A DNA stretch of 64,000 nt. It comes from Blastocatellia bacterium. Lineage in GTDB: Bacteria; Acidobacteriota; Blastocatellia; RBC074. The translations under genes were made by a program, and so were the position numbers. The notes beneath the pieces are model-generated. The model saw only the letters and a program-made list of their open reading frames with translations, was not told the origin of the DNA and searched no databases. Numbering within the stretch: the first letter of the stretch is position 1; each line of letters begins with the position of its first letter. Shown in pieces: positions 1-10,505 of the stretch. The stretch spans positions 1,290-65,289 of the forward strand of contig DATEMY010000298.1 in the NCBI GenBank assembly GCA_035275345.1, in the 5' to 3' direction.

Positions 1-669
1 AATCGCGGACTGGCGCGTTATCAACTGGGCGATTACGAGGGCGCGATCGCCGATTGCAACCGCGCGATCTCGATCAATCCGCGTCTTTCCGACGGCTACA
101 ACACTCGCGGGCTGGTTCGCTTCATACAGAAAGATTACGACGGCGCGCTCCTTGATTTCGACCGCGCGATCGCGATCAGCGCGCGTGACCCCGAAGTTTA
201 CAACAATCGCGGCAATGCTTATGCGGAGAAGAATGATCTTGATCGGGCCATCGCCGATTTTGATCGATCCATCGCGCTCAACCCGCGCCTCACCGCGGTC
301 TATTACAATCGAGGTCACGCGCGGCGCAGGAAAGATGACGCCGACGGAGCGATGAAAGATTTCAACAAGGCTCTTACGCTTGATCCTCGTTTCGCCTCTG
401 GATACTACGGCCGCGCGGTAGCGCTATTCGACAGAAATGAATTGGATCGCGCGATCAACGAATTCAACCGCGCAATCGAACTCGATCCGCGCTTCGCTCT
501 GGCATACGGGAACCGCGGGCTCACCTTGTTGCGGCAAGGCAAGGACGCCGAAGCGGAAAAGGATTTCGAGCGTGTCGCCGCGCTCGATCCGGCGTTGAGG
601 ATCGAGGTGGAATTGCGCATCGAGAAAGTGAAGAAATGGAGGCAAGCGAGCCGCGCGGGAACAAATTGA
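1..669 (+). CDS. TPR-repeat protein, 5'-truncated by the window edge
   Basis: Frame 1 is open from nt 1; the listed ORF 352..669 is only its last Met. Translation gives about 6 tandem 34-aa TPR units with recurring 'Y(N/Y)NRG...A...D...AI.L(N/D)PR'. Confidence 0.85.
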   Translation, partial: NRGLARYQLGDYEGAIADCNRAISINPRLSDGYNTRGLVRFIQKDYDGALLDFDRAIAISARDPEVYNNRGNAYAEKNDLDRAIADFDRSIALNPRLTAVYYNRGHARRRKDDADGAMKDFNKALTLDPRFASGYYGRAVALFDRNELDRAINEFNRAIELDPRFALAYGNRGLTLLRQGKDAEAEKDFERVAALDPALRIEVELRIEKVKKWRQASRAGTN

Positions 670-740
670 GCTTTTTGTGAGCGGCGTGCGATTCCGGTAG
701 ACTACTTCGCGTCCCTCATATTTTCGCGAGGAGAATCAAG

Positions 741-2612
741 ATGAGGCGAGAAGTATTTGCGCGCTCCCTGCTCTATCTGGCGATCATTTCCTTCCTTCTG
801 TTCGATCAATCGGCGACCGGAGCGTCCACCAGTTCATCGTCAAATTGGTCGTCCAAATTCGATGGCAAAGTGAGGTTCCATCAGACGACCGAACTCGGCG
901 CATTGATCGTCGGAACTGAAAAATCGGTCTACGCCGTTGACGGCGAAACGGGCGAGGTCTTATGGCGCCGCAAAGACGCTCGCCTTGATGAAGCCGACAT
1001 CGCGCCTGTCGTTGGGACCGATCTATTGCTGTTGAGTTTTGAAAAAGGCGGGAAGACTCGCGTCGAAGCCGTTGACCTGATCGCGGGCAATACGCTGTGG
1101 CGTAGCGATAAGATCAAAGGCGGCGTGATGCAGATGGCCGTCGACCCGGAGAACGATCTGGCGGCCGTCGTTTTCGTACGTGACGCGAAAGACCAGCCTG
1201 GAGAGGGCTTCAAACGGCGCCCGACGGTCTACATGTTGAACCTGGCCACAGGCGAGGATTTGTGGAAGCGCGATCTGGACAGCGAGATCGAGATGACGCC
1301 CGCGCAATGGGGCGGAGACGGCGACGAGGCATTTTACACGCTCGACAATTACCGCGCCCCGTTCTTCCTGGACGGCCGGTTGTGGCTCTTTTATGAGGGC
1401 GTGACTTCGCTTGACGCTCGCACGGGGAAGGAGGGAATCAGGGAGAAATTTCGCGTCAACGAAGAAGGATTGGCGTTGACCGAAGCCGATCCGGTCGTTG
1501 ACGACCGCCACATCTATGTTTCGGGGCGAGGGCGTGTACGGGCGATCTCACGCGAGACGGGGCGCGAGGTTTGGGAGGCGAAAGACCTGGGCTTGACGCC
1601 GGAACTGATTCTGGCCAACGGCCTGCTTTTCGTCCGAACCGGCGGGCAATTTACACGATTGAAAGATGGCGACGTCGTCGAGCGCGGGCCTTACGGCGTC
1701 AGCGCGATTGATCCATCCAACGGCAAAACCCTCTGGCGCTACCGCGGCGCCGACAAAGGCATTACCAACATCGCACTCGCGAACGAGAGAACGGCGCTCA
1801 TCGCCGACCGCGACGAGTTGATTGCGATTGACACTTCGAACGGGAAGGTCGTCAATCGTCTTAAACACCGCATTGACCGCTCGGCGTTCGTCTTGATCAA
1901 TGAATTGGGGCAGGCCGTAATCGGCGGGCGCAATGAGATCGCCGGATTCGACCTCTCTCGCGGCGGCGAGGCTGTCTGGCGGGCTCGTCACAACCCTCCG
2001 GGACGCGGCGTATTGCGAACAATCGGAGCGATCACGGCGCGCGCCGCATCGATCTATTTTCGTTACGGCGGAGTCGCCACGACAGCGTTTCGCGGCGTTC
2101 AACTCGCGCGTGGCGTGAGCGCGCTCCGGTGGTCGGGGCTGGCCTCGCGCGCAGTTCTGCCGAACCTGACCGATTACGCCGCGGGCGCCGCTCGTGAATA
2201 CGTCACTTCGCAAATCAAGAGCTACGGCGTCATATCGCGCGCCGACCTCGCCCGGCGGACGGTTCGCGCGGCGCGGTCGCGGACGATCACACCGCAAATT
2301 TCAATCGATGTAGATGTCGAAGAGAGGTTGATGGATCGGCTCGATCCCGCGCATCAACTCGACAAGCTGTCGCGTTTTCTGGGGCGGCGAAGGCAACTGG
2401 CCGCTCTCCGCGGCCAGTTTATGTACTTTTACACCGAGCTGAAGCCGGAAGGCGGAAGAGGCTTGGCCGGCGTCAACCTGAACACCGGCCAGACCGAGCG
2501 AACCGTCGTGCTGGAGGACCTCGATTACCGGTTTTCAAACGACGAAATCGCCGGACTGATTTACGTCGCAAAAGACAATCGTTTGACGTCCCATAAAATC
2601 AGTACGAGATGA
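741..2612 (+). CDS. secreted PQQ-like beta-propeller repeat protein
   Basis: 623 aa with a hydrophobic N-terminal signal-like segment. Blade motifs recur: GEVLWRRKD, GNTLWRSDK, GEDLWKRDL, GREVWEAKD, GKTLWRYRG. Confidence 0.7.
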   Translation: MRREVFARSLLYLAIISFLLFDQSATGASTSSSSNWSSKFDGKVRFHQTTELGALIVGTEKSVYAVDGETGEVLWRRKDARLDEADIAPVVGTDLLLLSFEKGGKTRVEAVDLIAGNTLWRSDKIKGGVMQMAVDPENDLAAVVFVRDAKDQPGEGFKRRPTVYMLNLATGEDLWKRDLDSEIEMTPAQWGGDGDEAFYTLDNYRAPFFLDGRLWLFYEGVTSLDARTGKEGIREKFRVNEEGLALTEADPVVDDRHIYVSGRGRVRAISRETGREVWEAKDLGLTPELILANGLLFVRTGGQFTRLKDGDVVERGPYGVSAIDPSNGKTLWRYRGADKGITNIALANERTALIADRDELIAIDTSNGKVVNRLKHRIDRSAFVLINELGQAVIGGRNEIAGFDLSRGGEAVWRARHNPPGRGVLRTIGAITARAASIYFRYGGVATTAFRGVQLARGVSALRWSGLASRAVLPNLTDYAAGAAREYVTSQIKSYGVISRADLARRTVRAARSRTITPQISIDVDVEERLMDRLDPAHQLDKLSRFLGRRRQLAALRGQFMYFYTELKPEGGRGLAGVNLNTGQTERTVVLEDLDYRFSNDEIAGLIYVAKDNRLTSHKISTR

Positions 2613-2631
2613 TCTTACGCAACAATGCGCC

Positions 2632-4983
2632 TTATGCGGCTTTGGGAAGAGTCAACCGCTTAGCCAGATCGGGGATTGCTGCGGCGAGCACATCCTCGAC
2701 CCGCTCGGCGAAGACGAACTCCATCTCGGCGCGCGCATTGTCGGGCAATTCGCGCAGGTCCTTCTGGTTCTCCTTGGGGAGAATGGCGCGGCGTACGCCG
2801 GCGCGGCGCGCGGCCAACACTTTCTCTTTCACCCCTCCGATCGGCAACACGAGTCCGGTCAGAGTGATTTCGCCGGTCATTGCCGTGTCGCTGCGCACGG
2901 GCGTGTTGGTGTAGATCGACGCGAGAGCCGTCGCCATAGTGATGCCCGCCGAAGGGCCGTCTTTCGGGATAGCTCCTGCCGGGACGTGGATGTGAACGCC
3001 TGAACGGCGGACGAGGTTTGGGTCAATGCCCATCCGCTCGGCGTGCGCCCAGATAAAACTCTGCGCGGCCTTGGCCGATTCCTGCATGACCTCGCCCAGG
3101 TGACCTGTCAGCGTCATCCCGCGTCCGGCTGGCAGCAGCGTGGCTTCGATGTACAACACGTCGCCGCCGGTCTCGGTCCAGGCCAGTCCGGTCGCAACGC
3201 CCGCAGGCAACTGTTTACGCGTCATCTCGAACGAGAAGCGTTCGGGTCCGAGCATCTCAACGAGGTCTTCGACCCGGACGGTCACGGCCGTCGTGTCGCC
3301 TTCGGCAAAGCGGAGCGCGACGCGACGCGTCAGGCTTCCGATGGCGCGTTCAAGCTGGCGTACCCCCGCTTCCCTCGTGTATCGCCCGATGACCTGGTTC
3401 AGCGCTTCATCGGTCAGGATGAACTGCTGATCCGTCAATCCGCTCTCTTTCAACTGGCGCGGGATCAGATAGCGATGCGCTATCTCAACCTTCTCTTCCG
3501 CGCTGTAACCGCTCAGGCGCAGCATCTCCATGCGATCCAGCAATGGCGACGGAACTGTGTCGGTGGTGTTCGCGGTGGTGATGAAGAAAACCTTGGAGAG
3601 GTTGAAGGGAAGATCCAGATAGTTGTCGCGGAAAGTGTGGTTCTGCGCCGGGTCCAATATTTCCAGCAGCGCCGCCGCCGGATCACCGCGAAAATCGCGT
3701 CCCAGTTTGTCCACCTCGTCGAGCATCAACACCGGGTTGTTCGATTCGGCGCGGCGCATCGCTTGAATAATGCGACCCGGCATCGCGCCGATGTAAGTGC
3801 GGCGATGGCCGCGCAGTTCGGCTTCGTCGTGCATTCCTCCGAGCGAGATGCGCTCGAATTTGCGCCCGAGCGAACGCGCGATAGATTGTCCGAGCGAAGT
3901 CTTGCCGACGCCCGGCGGACCCACGAAACAGAGGATCGGGGCGTTGGCTGTCGGATTGAGTTTGAGCACGCCCAGATGTTCGAGGATTCGCTCCTTGACG
4001 TCCTTCAAATCGAAATGGTCTTCGTCGAGCACCTGCCTGGCGTGCGCCAAGTCGAGGTTGTCTTCGGTGCTCTTGGCCCAGGGCAGTTCGAAGACCATCT
4101 CCAGATATGTGCGGATGACGTGATAATCAGGCGAAGCTTGCGGCAACTTCTCCATCCGCGACAATTCGCGCTCGGCCTCTTTGCGAACGCCTTCTGGCAA
4201 CTGGGCTTCATCCATTTGCTTGCGCATCATCTCGGCGTCGGCCTGTTCGGGGTTGGTCTCGCCCAATTCTTCCTGGATGGCGCGCAGTTGCTGGCGAAGC
4301 AGATATTCACGCTGCTGGCGTTCCATCTCGCCCTGCGCCTGGGTGTTGATCTGGTTGCGCAGTTCCAGCACCTGCAGCTCATGCAGCAGGTATGAATGGA
4401 GCAGTCGCAGCGCGTCCAGACGCGATGGGGCTTCGAGCAGTCCCTGCTCTTTCTCGACCGGCAAACCGAGCACCGATCCGATCAGGTAAGTGAGCTGTAG
4501 CGGCTCTTCGTTCTCGGCGAGCATCTGCGTCACCTCGATCGGAGCGTTTGGCTGCGCAAGTTGGATGGCTCGAGCTGAGAGCTCCAGGATCGCGCGGCGC
4601 ATCGCCTCGATCTCAGTATTCGTCTCGTCCGGCACGGGCGCGATGCGGACGCGCGCCCTGATGTATGGCTCGAGCTGCTCGATCTTGACCAAAACCACGC
4701 GCTCCACGCCTTGCACTATCAGGTTCACCGCGCCGTCCTGACGCCGCATCATCCGTTTGACCACGGCCTTGGTCCCGATGGTGTAAAGGTCCTCAGCGCC
4801 GGGCGTTTCGATTGATGTGTCACGTTGCGTGATGATCAGCAACTCTTTGTCTTCGTTCGCCAGCGCCGCGTCGATCGCGGCGATCGAGGTGGGGCGCCCC
4901 GCTGTAAGCGGCATTAACAGTCCCGGAAACAGCACGCTGTTCTTGATCGGCAATATGGGCAGGCTTTCAATCTGTTCGTTCAT
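2632..4983 (-). CDS. lon: ATP-dependent Lon protease (endopeptidase La)
   Basis: 783 aa. Has an N-terminal LON domain, Walker A GPPGVGKTS, and the proteolytic-domain motif PKDGPSAGITMATAL with the catalytic Ser. Confidence 0.97.
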   Translation of the reverse strand: MNEQIESLPILPIKNSVLFPGLLMPLTAGRPTSIAAIDAALANEDKELLIITQRDTSIETPGAEDLYTIGTKAVVKRMMRRQDGAVNLIVQGVERVVLVKIEQLEPYIRARVRIAPVPDETNTEIEAMRRAILELSARAIQLAQPNAPIEVTQMLAENEEPLQLTYLIGSVLGLPVEKEQGLLEAPSRLDALRLLHSYLLHELQVLELRNQINTQAQGEMERQQREYLLRQQLRAIQEELGETNPEQADAEMMRKQMDEAQLPEGVRKEAERELSRMEKLPQASPDYHVIRTYLEMVFELPWAKSTEDNLDLAHARQVLDEDHFDLKDVKERILEHLGVLKLNPTANAPILCFVGPPGVGKTSLGQSIARSLGRKFERISLGGMHDEAELRGHRRTYIGAMPGRIIQAMRRAESNNPVLMLDEVDKLGRDFRGDPAAALLEILDPAQNHTFRDNYLDLPFNLSKVFFITTANTTDTVPSPLLDRMEMLRLSGYSAEEKVEIAHRYLIPRQLKESGLTDQQFILTDEALNQVIGRYTREAGVRQLERAIGSLTRRVALRFAEGDTTAVTVRVEDLVEMLGPERFSFEMTRKQLPAGVATGLAWTETGGDVLYIEATLLPAGRGMTLTGHLGEVMQESAKAAQSFIWAHAERMGIDPNLVRRSGVHIHVPAGAIPKDGPSAGITMATALASIYTNTPVRSDTAMTGEITLTGLVLPIGGVKEKVLAARRAGVRRAILPKENQKDLRELPDNARAEMEFVFAERVEDVLAAAIPDLAKRLTLPKAA

Positions 4984-5351
4984 CTCTTTTCCTCCTCATC
5001 CTGATTCAATTTCACGCGCACGAGCAGTAATCCTTCGTGATATTCAGTCGAAACGCTGGCGCGCTCCAGGTTGCATGGCAGTTCAATCGTCCGCTCGAAG
5101 CGACTGTAAGCGATCTCCATCGAATAATGACTCCATCCCTCTTCGACGAACCGGTCGCGGCGAACTCCGCTGACGAAAAGCTCGGAGCCGCTCGCGAGGA
5201 CATTGATTTCTTCCGGCCGCACGCCCGCCAACTCCATTTTGACGACCCAGCCATCCGCTGTGCGGTATATATCCGCCGAAGGCCGCCACGCCATCGCGGC
5301 CCCCGCCTCGGCGGAGATGAAGAAAAGCGACATTGGTTTCGTTTCTGGCAA
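4980..5351 (-). CDS. Hsp20/alpha-crystallin small heat-shock protein
   Basis: 123 aa with an alpha-crystallin core (WRPSADIYRTADGWVVKMELAGVRPEEI). The TTG start follows AGGAGG by 6 nt. The stop overlaps the lon start by 4 nt. Confidence 0.9.
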   Translation of the reverse strand: MPETKPMSLFFISAEAGAAMAWRPSADIYRTADGWVVKMELAGVRPEEINVLASGSELFVSGVRRDRFVEEGWSHYSMEIAYSRFERTIELPCNLERASVSTEYHEGLLLVRVKLNQDEEEKR

Positions 5352-5370
5352 AACTTAATCCTCCTGCGGA

Positions 5371-5460
5371 ATGGGATTTATGGGACTTTTGGGATTTATG
5401 AGACTTATGGGACAACTATCCCATAAGTCCCATGAGTCCCATAAATCCCATAAGTCCCAT
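5371..5460. repeat. imperfect hairpin with arms made of tandem 9-nt units (TATGGGAYT / ARTCCCATA)
   Basis: Left arm 5371-5413 is atgggatttatgggacttttgggatttatgagacttatgggac. Right arm 5420-5460 is cccataagtcccatgagtcccataaatcccataagtcccat. It fills the clpB-hsp20 gap. Confidence 0.85.
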
Positions 5461-5467
5461 TTCCCAA

Positions 5468-8116
5468 TCATGACGCCCCCTTGGCGACTCTGGTCTGCGG
5501 CCCTTCCAATTGAGCGGTGAAATTTAATTTGCCGCTCGCCTGGTCGAAATCAACAAGTACAGTCTGGCCGTCACGAACCTCGCCTTTAAGAATGCGGCGT
5601 CCAAGGGGCGTTTCGATCTCGCGTTGGATCGCGCGTTTGAGCGGGCGCGCGCCATAGTTCGGATCGAAGCCCGCGCGAACCAAATGCGTGCGCGCTGAGT
5701 CGGTCAGCTCCAGATTGATGTGACGTTCGGCCAGGCGTTGTCGGAGCCTGTCTAGCTGTATCTCGACGATCTCTTTCAGGTGTTCTTCCGAGAGCGCGTG
5801 GAAGACAATGATCTCGTCGACGCGGTTAAGAAATTCGGGCCGGAAATACCGGCGCATCTCGTCCAGCACGGTCACCTTCATTCGCTCGTATTCGGCGCCC
5901 TCGAATGCTCCGCGGTATTCCAGAATGCGATGGCTGCCGATGTTCGAAGTCATGATCACGATCGTGTTTTTGAAATCCACGACGCGTCCCTGTCCATCGG
6001 TCAATCGGCCGTCGTCCAGAATTTGCAGCATGACGTTGAATACGTCGTGATGAGCCTTCTCGATCTCGTCGAAGAGGATCACAGAATAGGGGCGCCGACG
6101 GACGGCCTCGGTCAATTGCCCGCCCTCTTCGTAACCGACATAACCGGGCGGAGCGCCGACAAGGCGCGCCACGGTGTGCTTCTCTTGATACTCCGACATA
6201 TCAATGCGGATCATGGCGTGTTCGTCGTCGAAGAGGAATTCGGCCAGCGCTCGCGCCAGCTCAGTTTTGCCGACGCCGGTCGGTCCCAGAAAAATGAACG
6301 AGCCGATCGGCCGGTTCGGGTCTTTCAATCCTGAACGAGCTCTGATGACGGCTTCGGCCACCGCCGTCACGGCCTCATCCTGGCCGATCACGCGGCGATG
6401 GAGTTCATCTTCGAGCGTCAACAGCCGCTGCAATTCGCCTTCGAGCAATTTTGTGACCGGCACGCCCGTCCATCGGCTGACGACCTCGGCGATGTCTTCC
6501 TCACTGACCTCCTCTTTGATCAACCGCGTCTGTCCCTGTTTCTTCGCCAGCAGCTCTTCTTCAGCTTGAAGTCGCCGCTCAAGCTCAGCCAGTTTGCCAT
6601 AGCGCAATTCGGCGGCGCGATTGAGGTCGTACTGGCGTTCCGCCTGCTCGATCTCGATGCGAGTCTGTTCGATCTGCTCGCGCAGGTTCCGCAGGCGCTG
6701 CACTCCCTGTTTCTCCGATTGCCACTGAGCGCGTAGCGCATCGGCTGACGCGCTTAAATCGGCCAGCTCTTTTTCGAGCTTCTTCAATCGGTCGCGGGAA
6801 ACCTGGTCGGATTCCTTCTTCAACGCCTCGCGTTCGATTTCGAGTTGCATCACGCGGCGCGAAATTTCATCGAGGTCGGTAGGCATCGAATCAATCTCGG
6901 TCCGCAATTTCGCGGCGGCTTCGTCCACCAGGTCAATCGCTTTGTCCGGCAGGAAGCGATCACTGATATAGCGGTTCGAAAGCACGGCGGCGGCGACCAG
7001 CGCCGAGTCCTTGATCCGCACGCCATGATGCACTTCGTAGCGCTCCTTCAGTCCGCGCAGGATCGAAATCGTGTCCTCAACCGTCGGCTGCTCGACCAAC
7101 ACCGGCTGGAAGCGGCGTTCGAGCGCGGCGTCTTTCTCGATGTGTTTACGATATTCGTCGAGAGTCGTTGCGCCGATGCAATGCAACTCGCCGCGCGCGA
7201 GCATAGGTTTGAGCAGGTTGCCCGCGTCCATCGCGCCTTCGGCCCGCCCGGCGCCGACCACCGTGTGCAACTCGTCAATAAAAAGGATGACGCCGCCCGC
7301 CGATTCCTGAACCTCTTTGAGCACGGCTTTCAATCGCTCTTCGAATTCTCCGCGGTATTTCGCGCCGGCGATGAGCGCGCCCATATCGAGCGAGATGATC
7401 CTTTTGTCTTTCAGACTTTCGGGCACGTCGCCGCGCACGATCCGTTGGGCCAGTCCCTCGACGATCGCGGTTTTGCCCACGCCGGGTTCGCCGATCAGCA
7501 CGGGGTTGTTTTTGGTGCGGCGCGAAATCACCTGGATTGTGCGGCGGATCTCGTCGTCGCGCCCGATGACCGGATCGAGCTTGCCCTGTTCAGCGAGCTT
7601 CGTCAGGTCACGTCCATATCGTTCCAGAGCCTCGTAGGTCGCCTCCGGGTTTTGCGAAGTGACGCGATGGCTGCCGCGCGCCTCCTGAAGCGCCCGCATC
7701 AATCGTTCGCGCGTGACGCCGAATTCACGGAAGATGCGCCCTGTCGCGCCCAGGTCATCGGTCATTGCGAGCAACAGATGCTCGACCGAGACATAATCGT
7801 CCTTGAGTTTCCTGGCCTCGTCTTCGGCCTCGCCCAACAGGCGGTTGAGCCGTCCCGTGACGTAAATTTGATCAGGCGCGCCTCCGGACGCTGAAACTTT
7901 CGGCAGGCGTTGCAACTCCTGCTCGACACGATGTTTGATCGCGTCCACGTTGATTTCGGCTTTGCCAAGAACCGAGGCGGCCAGCCCGCGCTCCTGCTCC
8001 AGTAGCGCAACGAGCAGGTGCTCGACGTCAACCTGCTGATTGCCGTAGCGCGCGGCTTTCGATTGCGCAGCGCTCAATCCTTGCTGGACACTCTCTGTGA
8101 AACGATTGATATCCAT
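5468..8116 (-). CDS. clpB: ClpB disaggregase (AAA+ chaperone)
   Basis: Two AAA+ modules ([18 protein letters not shown]), a long coiled-coil middle domain and a Clp_N domain. I moved the start to ATG 8116 (MDINRFTE...). The 32 upstream ORF codons ([16 protein letters not shown]...) are translated hairpin repeat. Confidence 0.97.
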   Translation of the reverse strand: MDINRFTESVQQGLSAAQSKAARYGNQQVDVEHLLVALLEQERGLAASVLGKAEINVDAIKHRVEQELQRLPKVSASGGAPDQIYVTGRLNRLLGEAEDEARKLKDDYVSVEHLLLAMTDDLGATGRIFREFGVTRERLMRALQEARGSHRVTSQNPEATYEALERYGRDLTKLAEQGKLDPVIGRDDEIRRTIQVISRRTKNNPVLIGEPGVGKTAIVEGLAQRIVRGDVPESLKDKRIISLDMGALIAGAKYRGEFEERLKAVLKEVQESAGGVILFIDELHTVVGAGRAEGAMDAGNLLKPMLARGELHCIGATTLDEYRKHIEKDAALERRFQPVLVEQPTVEDTISILRGLKERYEVHHGVRIKDSALVAAAVLSNRYISDRFLPDKAIDLVDEAAAKLRTEIDSMPTDLDEISRRVMQLEIEREALKKESDQVSRDRLKKLEKELADLSASADALRAQWQSEKQGVQRLRNLREQIEQTRIEIEQAERQYDLNRAAELRYGKLAELERRLQAEEELLAKKQGQTRLIKEEVSEEDIAEVVSRWTGVPVTKLLEGELQRLLTLEDELHRRVIGQDEAVTAVAEAVIRARSGLKDPNRPIGSFIFLGPTGVGKTELARALAEFLFDDEHAMIRIDMSEYQEKHTVARLVGAPPGYVGYEEGGQLTEAVRRRPYSVILFDEIEKAHHDVFNVMLQILDDGRLTDGQGRVVDFKNTIVIMTSNIGSHRILEYRGAFEGAEYERMKVTVLDEMRRYFRPEFLNRVDEIIVFHALSEEHLKEIVEIQLDRLRQRLAERHINLELTDSARTHLVRAGFDPNYGARPLKRAIQREIETPLGRRILKGEVRDGQTVLVDFDQASGKLNFTAQLEGPQTRVAKGAS

Positions 8117-8131
8117 AATGCATTCGTTTCC

Positions 8132-8217
8132 ATGGGACGAATGAGACTTATGGGACTTATGGGGCTTATGGGACTTATGTCTCATAAGTCCCATAAGTCC
8201 CATAAGTCCCATACGTC
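8132..8217. repeat. hairpin of tandem 9-nt units (TATGGGACT family)
   Basis: The centre is gggacttatg-tct-cataagtccc (8170-8192). The arms extend about 30 bp with one bulge. It lies exactly between the clpB start (8116) and the upstream gene's stop (8218). Confidence 0.85.
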
Positions 8218-8553
8218 CTATCTCTCAAGCCTTTGCAGCCGTTCGACCTCTTTCTCCAATCTGCTTATCCGGTCGAGCAGATCGAGGATCACCGCGACGC
8301 TGGCCAGGTTCGCGCCAAGGTCGTGACGCAACCGTACGATCTTGCGAACCCGGACGACGCAATCAAGCTCGAAAAGCAATCGCGCGCCCATCCGTTCCGA
8401 CGGCTCTACCAATCCGTATTCGACAAACTGTTCGATCAGAGTCGGGTGGATTCCCGTCTGTTCGGCTAGACCTTCCAGCGTCAATTGCTCGCGCCTGATC
8501 CGCCCGATCCGCCCAAACTCGTAGATTGTGATCTGACGCCCGGTTTCATTCAT
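8218..8553 (-). CDS. MerR-family protein, CbpM-like chaperone modulator or HspR-like regulator
   Basis: 111 aa with a MerR-type HTH ([28 protein letters not shown]). The C-terminal [30 protein letters not shown] resembles E. coli CbpM (recalled from memory). The start overlaps the stop of the DnaJ-like gene. Confidence 0.7.
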   Translation of the reverse strand: MNETGRQITIYEFGRIGRIRREQLTLEGLAEQTGIHPTLIEQFVEYGLVEPSERMGARLLFELDCVVRVRKIVRLRHDLGANLASVAVILDLLDRISRLEKEVERLQRLER

Positions 8554-9602
8554 TATCCGCCTCCATTCATCAAATCGCGGGGATTGAACCGCGATTCGGC
8601 GGCAAGCCGCTCGAACAACTCTCTCTCTCTCTGCGTCGGTTTTGTTGGGGTGACGATCTTCAACCTGACATATTCATCGCCGCGGCCTCCGCTTCGGCGG
8701 TTGAGTCCCTGGCCGCGCAGCCGCAATCGCTGGCCGCCCTGCGCGCCCGCAGGGATGGTCATTTCAACCGATCCGTCGAGCGTCGGGACGCTGACGCGCG
8801 CGCCGAGCGCCGTCTCCCAGGGCGCCACTGGCAGATCAATTTGAACATCCCCTTCGGAGGTGACGTTGAACAGCCGGTGAGGTTTTAATCGCAGGCGCAG
8901 CAGCAGGTCGCCGGAGGGCGCATTGCCCGAACCAGGCTCTCCCTGTCCCGCAAGCCGGATCACCGAACCTTCACGCACACCGGCCGGAATAGTGACGTCG
9001 AGCGTTTTCGGTCGCGTCACGACGCCCGCGCCGCGGCACGTCGGGCAAGGCTTATTGTTGACCTCGCCTGAGCCTTTACAGGCGGCGCAGGATTCCTGAG
9101 ACCGAATCGTAATCGTCCGGGACGACCCGCGATGAGCGTCTTCAAGGCTGATCTCAATCTCGGCTTCGATGTCCTGACCGCGCATTGCGAAAGGAGCGCC
9201 GCGAGCCGCGCCTCGCCTGGCCCCGAAGAGGGTTTCAAAGAAATCGCTGAATCCTCCTCCTCCGGCCCTTCCGCCGAAAATATCTCTGAGGTCGCCGTAC
9301 TCGACCCTCACGCCCTCCCATTCTCCGGCGCCATATGGCCTCCATCCGGGAGGCGGCGTGAAATCGGCCCCGGCCTTCCAGTTGGCGCCGAGTTGATCGT
9401 AGCGTTGGCGTTTTTCCGGATCGGAGAGGGCTTCGTAAGCCTCACTAATTTCCTTGAATTTTTCTTCCGCCGATTTATCGTTTGGATTTACGTCAGGGTG
9501 GAATTTGCGCGCGAGTTTTCGATACGCCTTCTTAATATCGTCCGTGGTTGCGGCGCGAGCGACGCCCAGGGTTTGGTAATAGTCGTGAAACTTAACTGCC
9601 AT
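8553..9602 (-). CDS. DnaJ-family co-chaperone with a half-size zinc-finger region
   Basis: 349 aa. Has a J domain with HPD ([14 protein letters not shown]), a Gly-rich linker, only two CxxCxG motifs ([16 protein letters not shown]), and DnaJ C-terminal domains. Confidence 0.88.
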   Translation of the reverse strand: MAVKFHDYYQTLGVARAATTDDIKKAYRKLARKFHPDVNPNDKSAEEKFKEISEAYEALSDPEKRQRYDQLGANWKAGADFTPPPGWRPYGAGEWEGVRVEYGDLRDIFGGRAGGGGFSDFFETLFGARRGAARGAPFAMRGQDIEAEIEISLEDAHRGSSRTITIRSQESCAACKGSGEVNNKPCPTCRGAGVVTRPKTLDVTIPAGVREGSVIRLAGQGEPGSGNAPSGDLLLRLRLKPHRLFNVTSEGDVQIDLPVAPWETALGARVSVPTLDGSVEMTIPAGAQGGQRLRLRGQGLNRRSGGRGDEYVRLKIVTPTKPTQRERELFERLAAESRFNPRDLMNGGG

Positions 9603-9606
9603 AAAG

Positions 9607-9687
9607 AGTGGTTAGTGGACAGCGGGAAGCGGGCAGCGGATTACAGTTCATCAACTGCCCACCGCCCACTGCGCACTGCTCACTACT
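9607..9687. repeat. weak imperfect inverted repeat with periodic G-rich and C-rich arms
   Basis: The segment agtggttagtggacagcgggaagcgggcag faces ctgcccaccgcccactgcgcactgctcactact. Only the inner 6 bp are perfect. It lies between grpE and the dnaJ-like gene, and the right arm overlaps the grpE stop. Confidence 0.4.
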
Positions 9688-10198
9688 TCGCCACGTGTAC
9701 ACGCGCCGGACGCAGCACCTCGCCGTTCCAGAAGTATCCGGGGCTCACTTCGTCAAGCACCGTTCCAGGTTTGCCGTTGCTGGCTTCGATTACTCCTACT
9801 GCTTCGTGCAGCGCCGGATCGAACTCGCGTCCCACGGTCTCGATCGGCGTTACGCCTTGTTTCTCGATCACGTCCGCCATCCGTTTATGGATGGCGCGCA
9901 AGCCGGCGACGACCGCATTAGGCGCTTGGCCAGCGTGTTCGAGCGCGCGGTCGAAATCATCCATCAATTCCAGGAGCGAAAGAATGACGGCGCGTTTGCC
10001 CGACAGCGCCGCCGATGCCCGCTCGCGCTCGACGCGCTTGCGATAGTTGTCGAAATCGGCCAGCGCGCGTATCCGCAATGCGCGTTCACGTTCCAGCTCA
10101 TCCAAGAGACTTTTGACCTCGGCCGATGTTAGAAGGTTTTCGACCTCGGACTCTGGCCCCCCAGTGCTTTCACTCCTACTTTCCTTTGCCTTTGTCAT
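9683..10198 (-). CDS. grpE: nucleotide exchange factor GrpE
   Basis: 171 aa with the GrpE signature (ALADFDNYRKRVERE ... GYFWNGEVLRPARVHV). It sits between dnaK and the dnaJ-like gene. Confidence 0.92.
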   Translation of the reverse strand: MTKAKESRSESTGGPESEVENLLTSAEVKSLLDELERERALRIRALADFDNYRKRVERERASAALSGKRAVILSLLELMDDFDRALEHAGQAPNAVVAGLRAIHKRMADVIEKQGVTPIETVGREFDPALHEAVGVIEASNGKPGTVLDEVSPGYFWNGEVLRPARVHVAK

Positions 10199-10505
10199 CG
10201 CTTCACCGAATTAGGAAATGTCGTTTTCATGCGATCCCTTAGGACATTGTGAATTCATCGCAAACACAGCGTGATTCAAGTCCTCTGATCACCGCATTCG
10301 CGAAATTTGGATAGCAGACTATGCCGCTCGCCAAAGTTCCACTAATTGATGACCTAACTTTATTTCTCGCAATGGCTGTGCCTTTAGAGCTTATTGAAAA
10401 TCATGGAGGAGCTGACCTGCCTGCGGGCCGCTGGCGCTCGCGTATAAGCCCAATCCTGGGCGACATGCAGGTCGGCTCCTACCATCCACGCAATAGCAAA
10501 CCGCT

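Noticed and set aside
152-355. A 67-aa ORF near the window start.
   Set aside because: It is out of frame within the TPR gene, whose frame 1 is open from nt 1.
3043-4395. A 450-aa ORF on the plus strand inside lon. Similar long antisense ORFs lie at 6845..7894 (in clpB), 11355..12500 (in dnaK), 15806..16882 (in treZ), 21790..22740 (in treY), 37613..38926 (in DUF1501), 44060..45025 (in the FAD monooxygenase) and 62241..63164 (in the AsnB-like gene).
   Set aside because: Each lies fully antisense to a gene with unambiguous family motifs. Their translations are Arg/Ala/Gly-rich low-complexity sequence typical of shadow ORFs in GC-rich DNA, and none has a recognisable motif.
8117-8212. N-terminal extensions [16 protein letters not shown]... 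on Clp[19 protein letters not shown]... on the GDE (17510-17602) and [22 protein letters not shown]... on GlpX (52342-52449).
   Set aside because: These codons are the periodic hairpin repeats read in frame. Conserved N-termini with SD sequences begin at 8116, 17603 and 52450.
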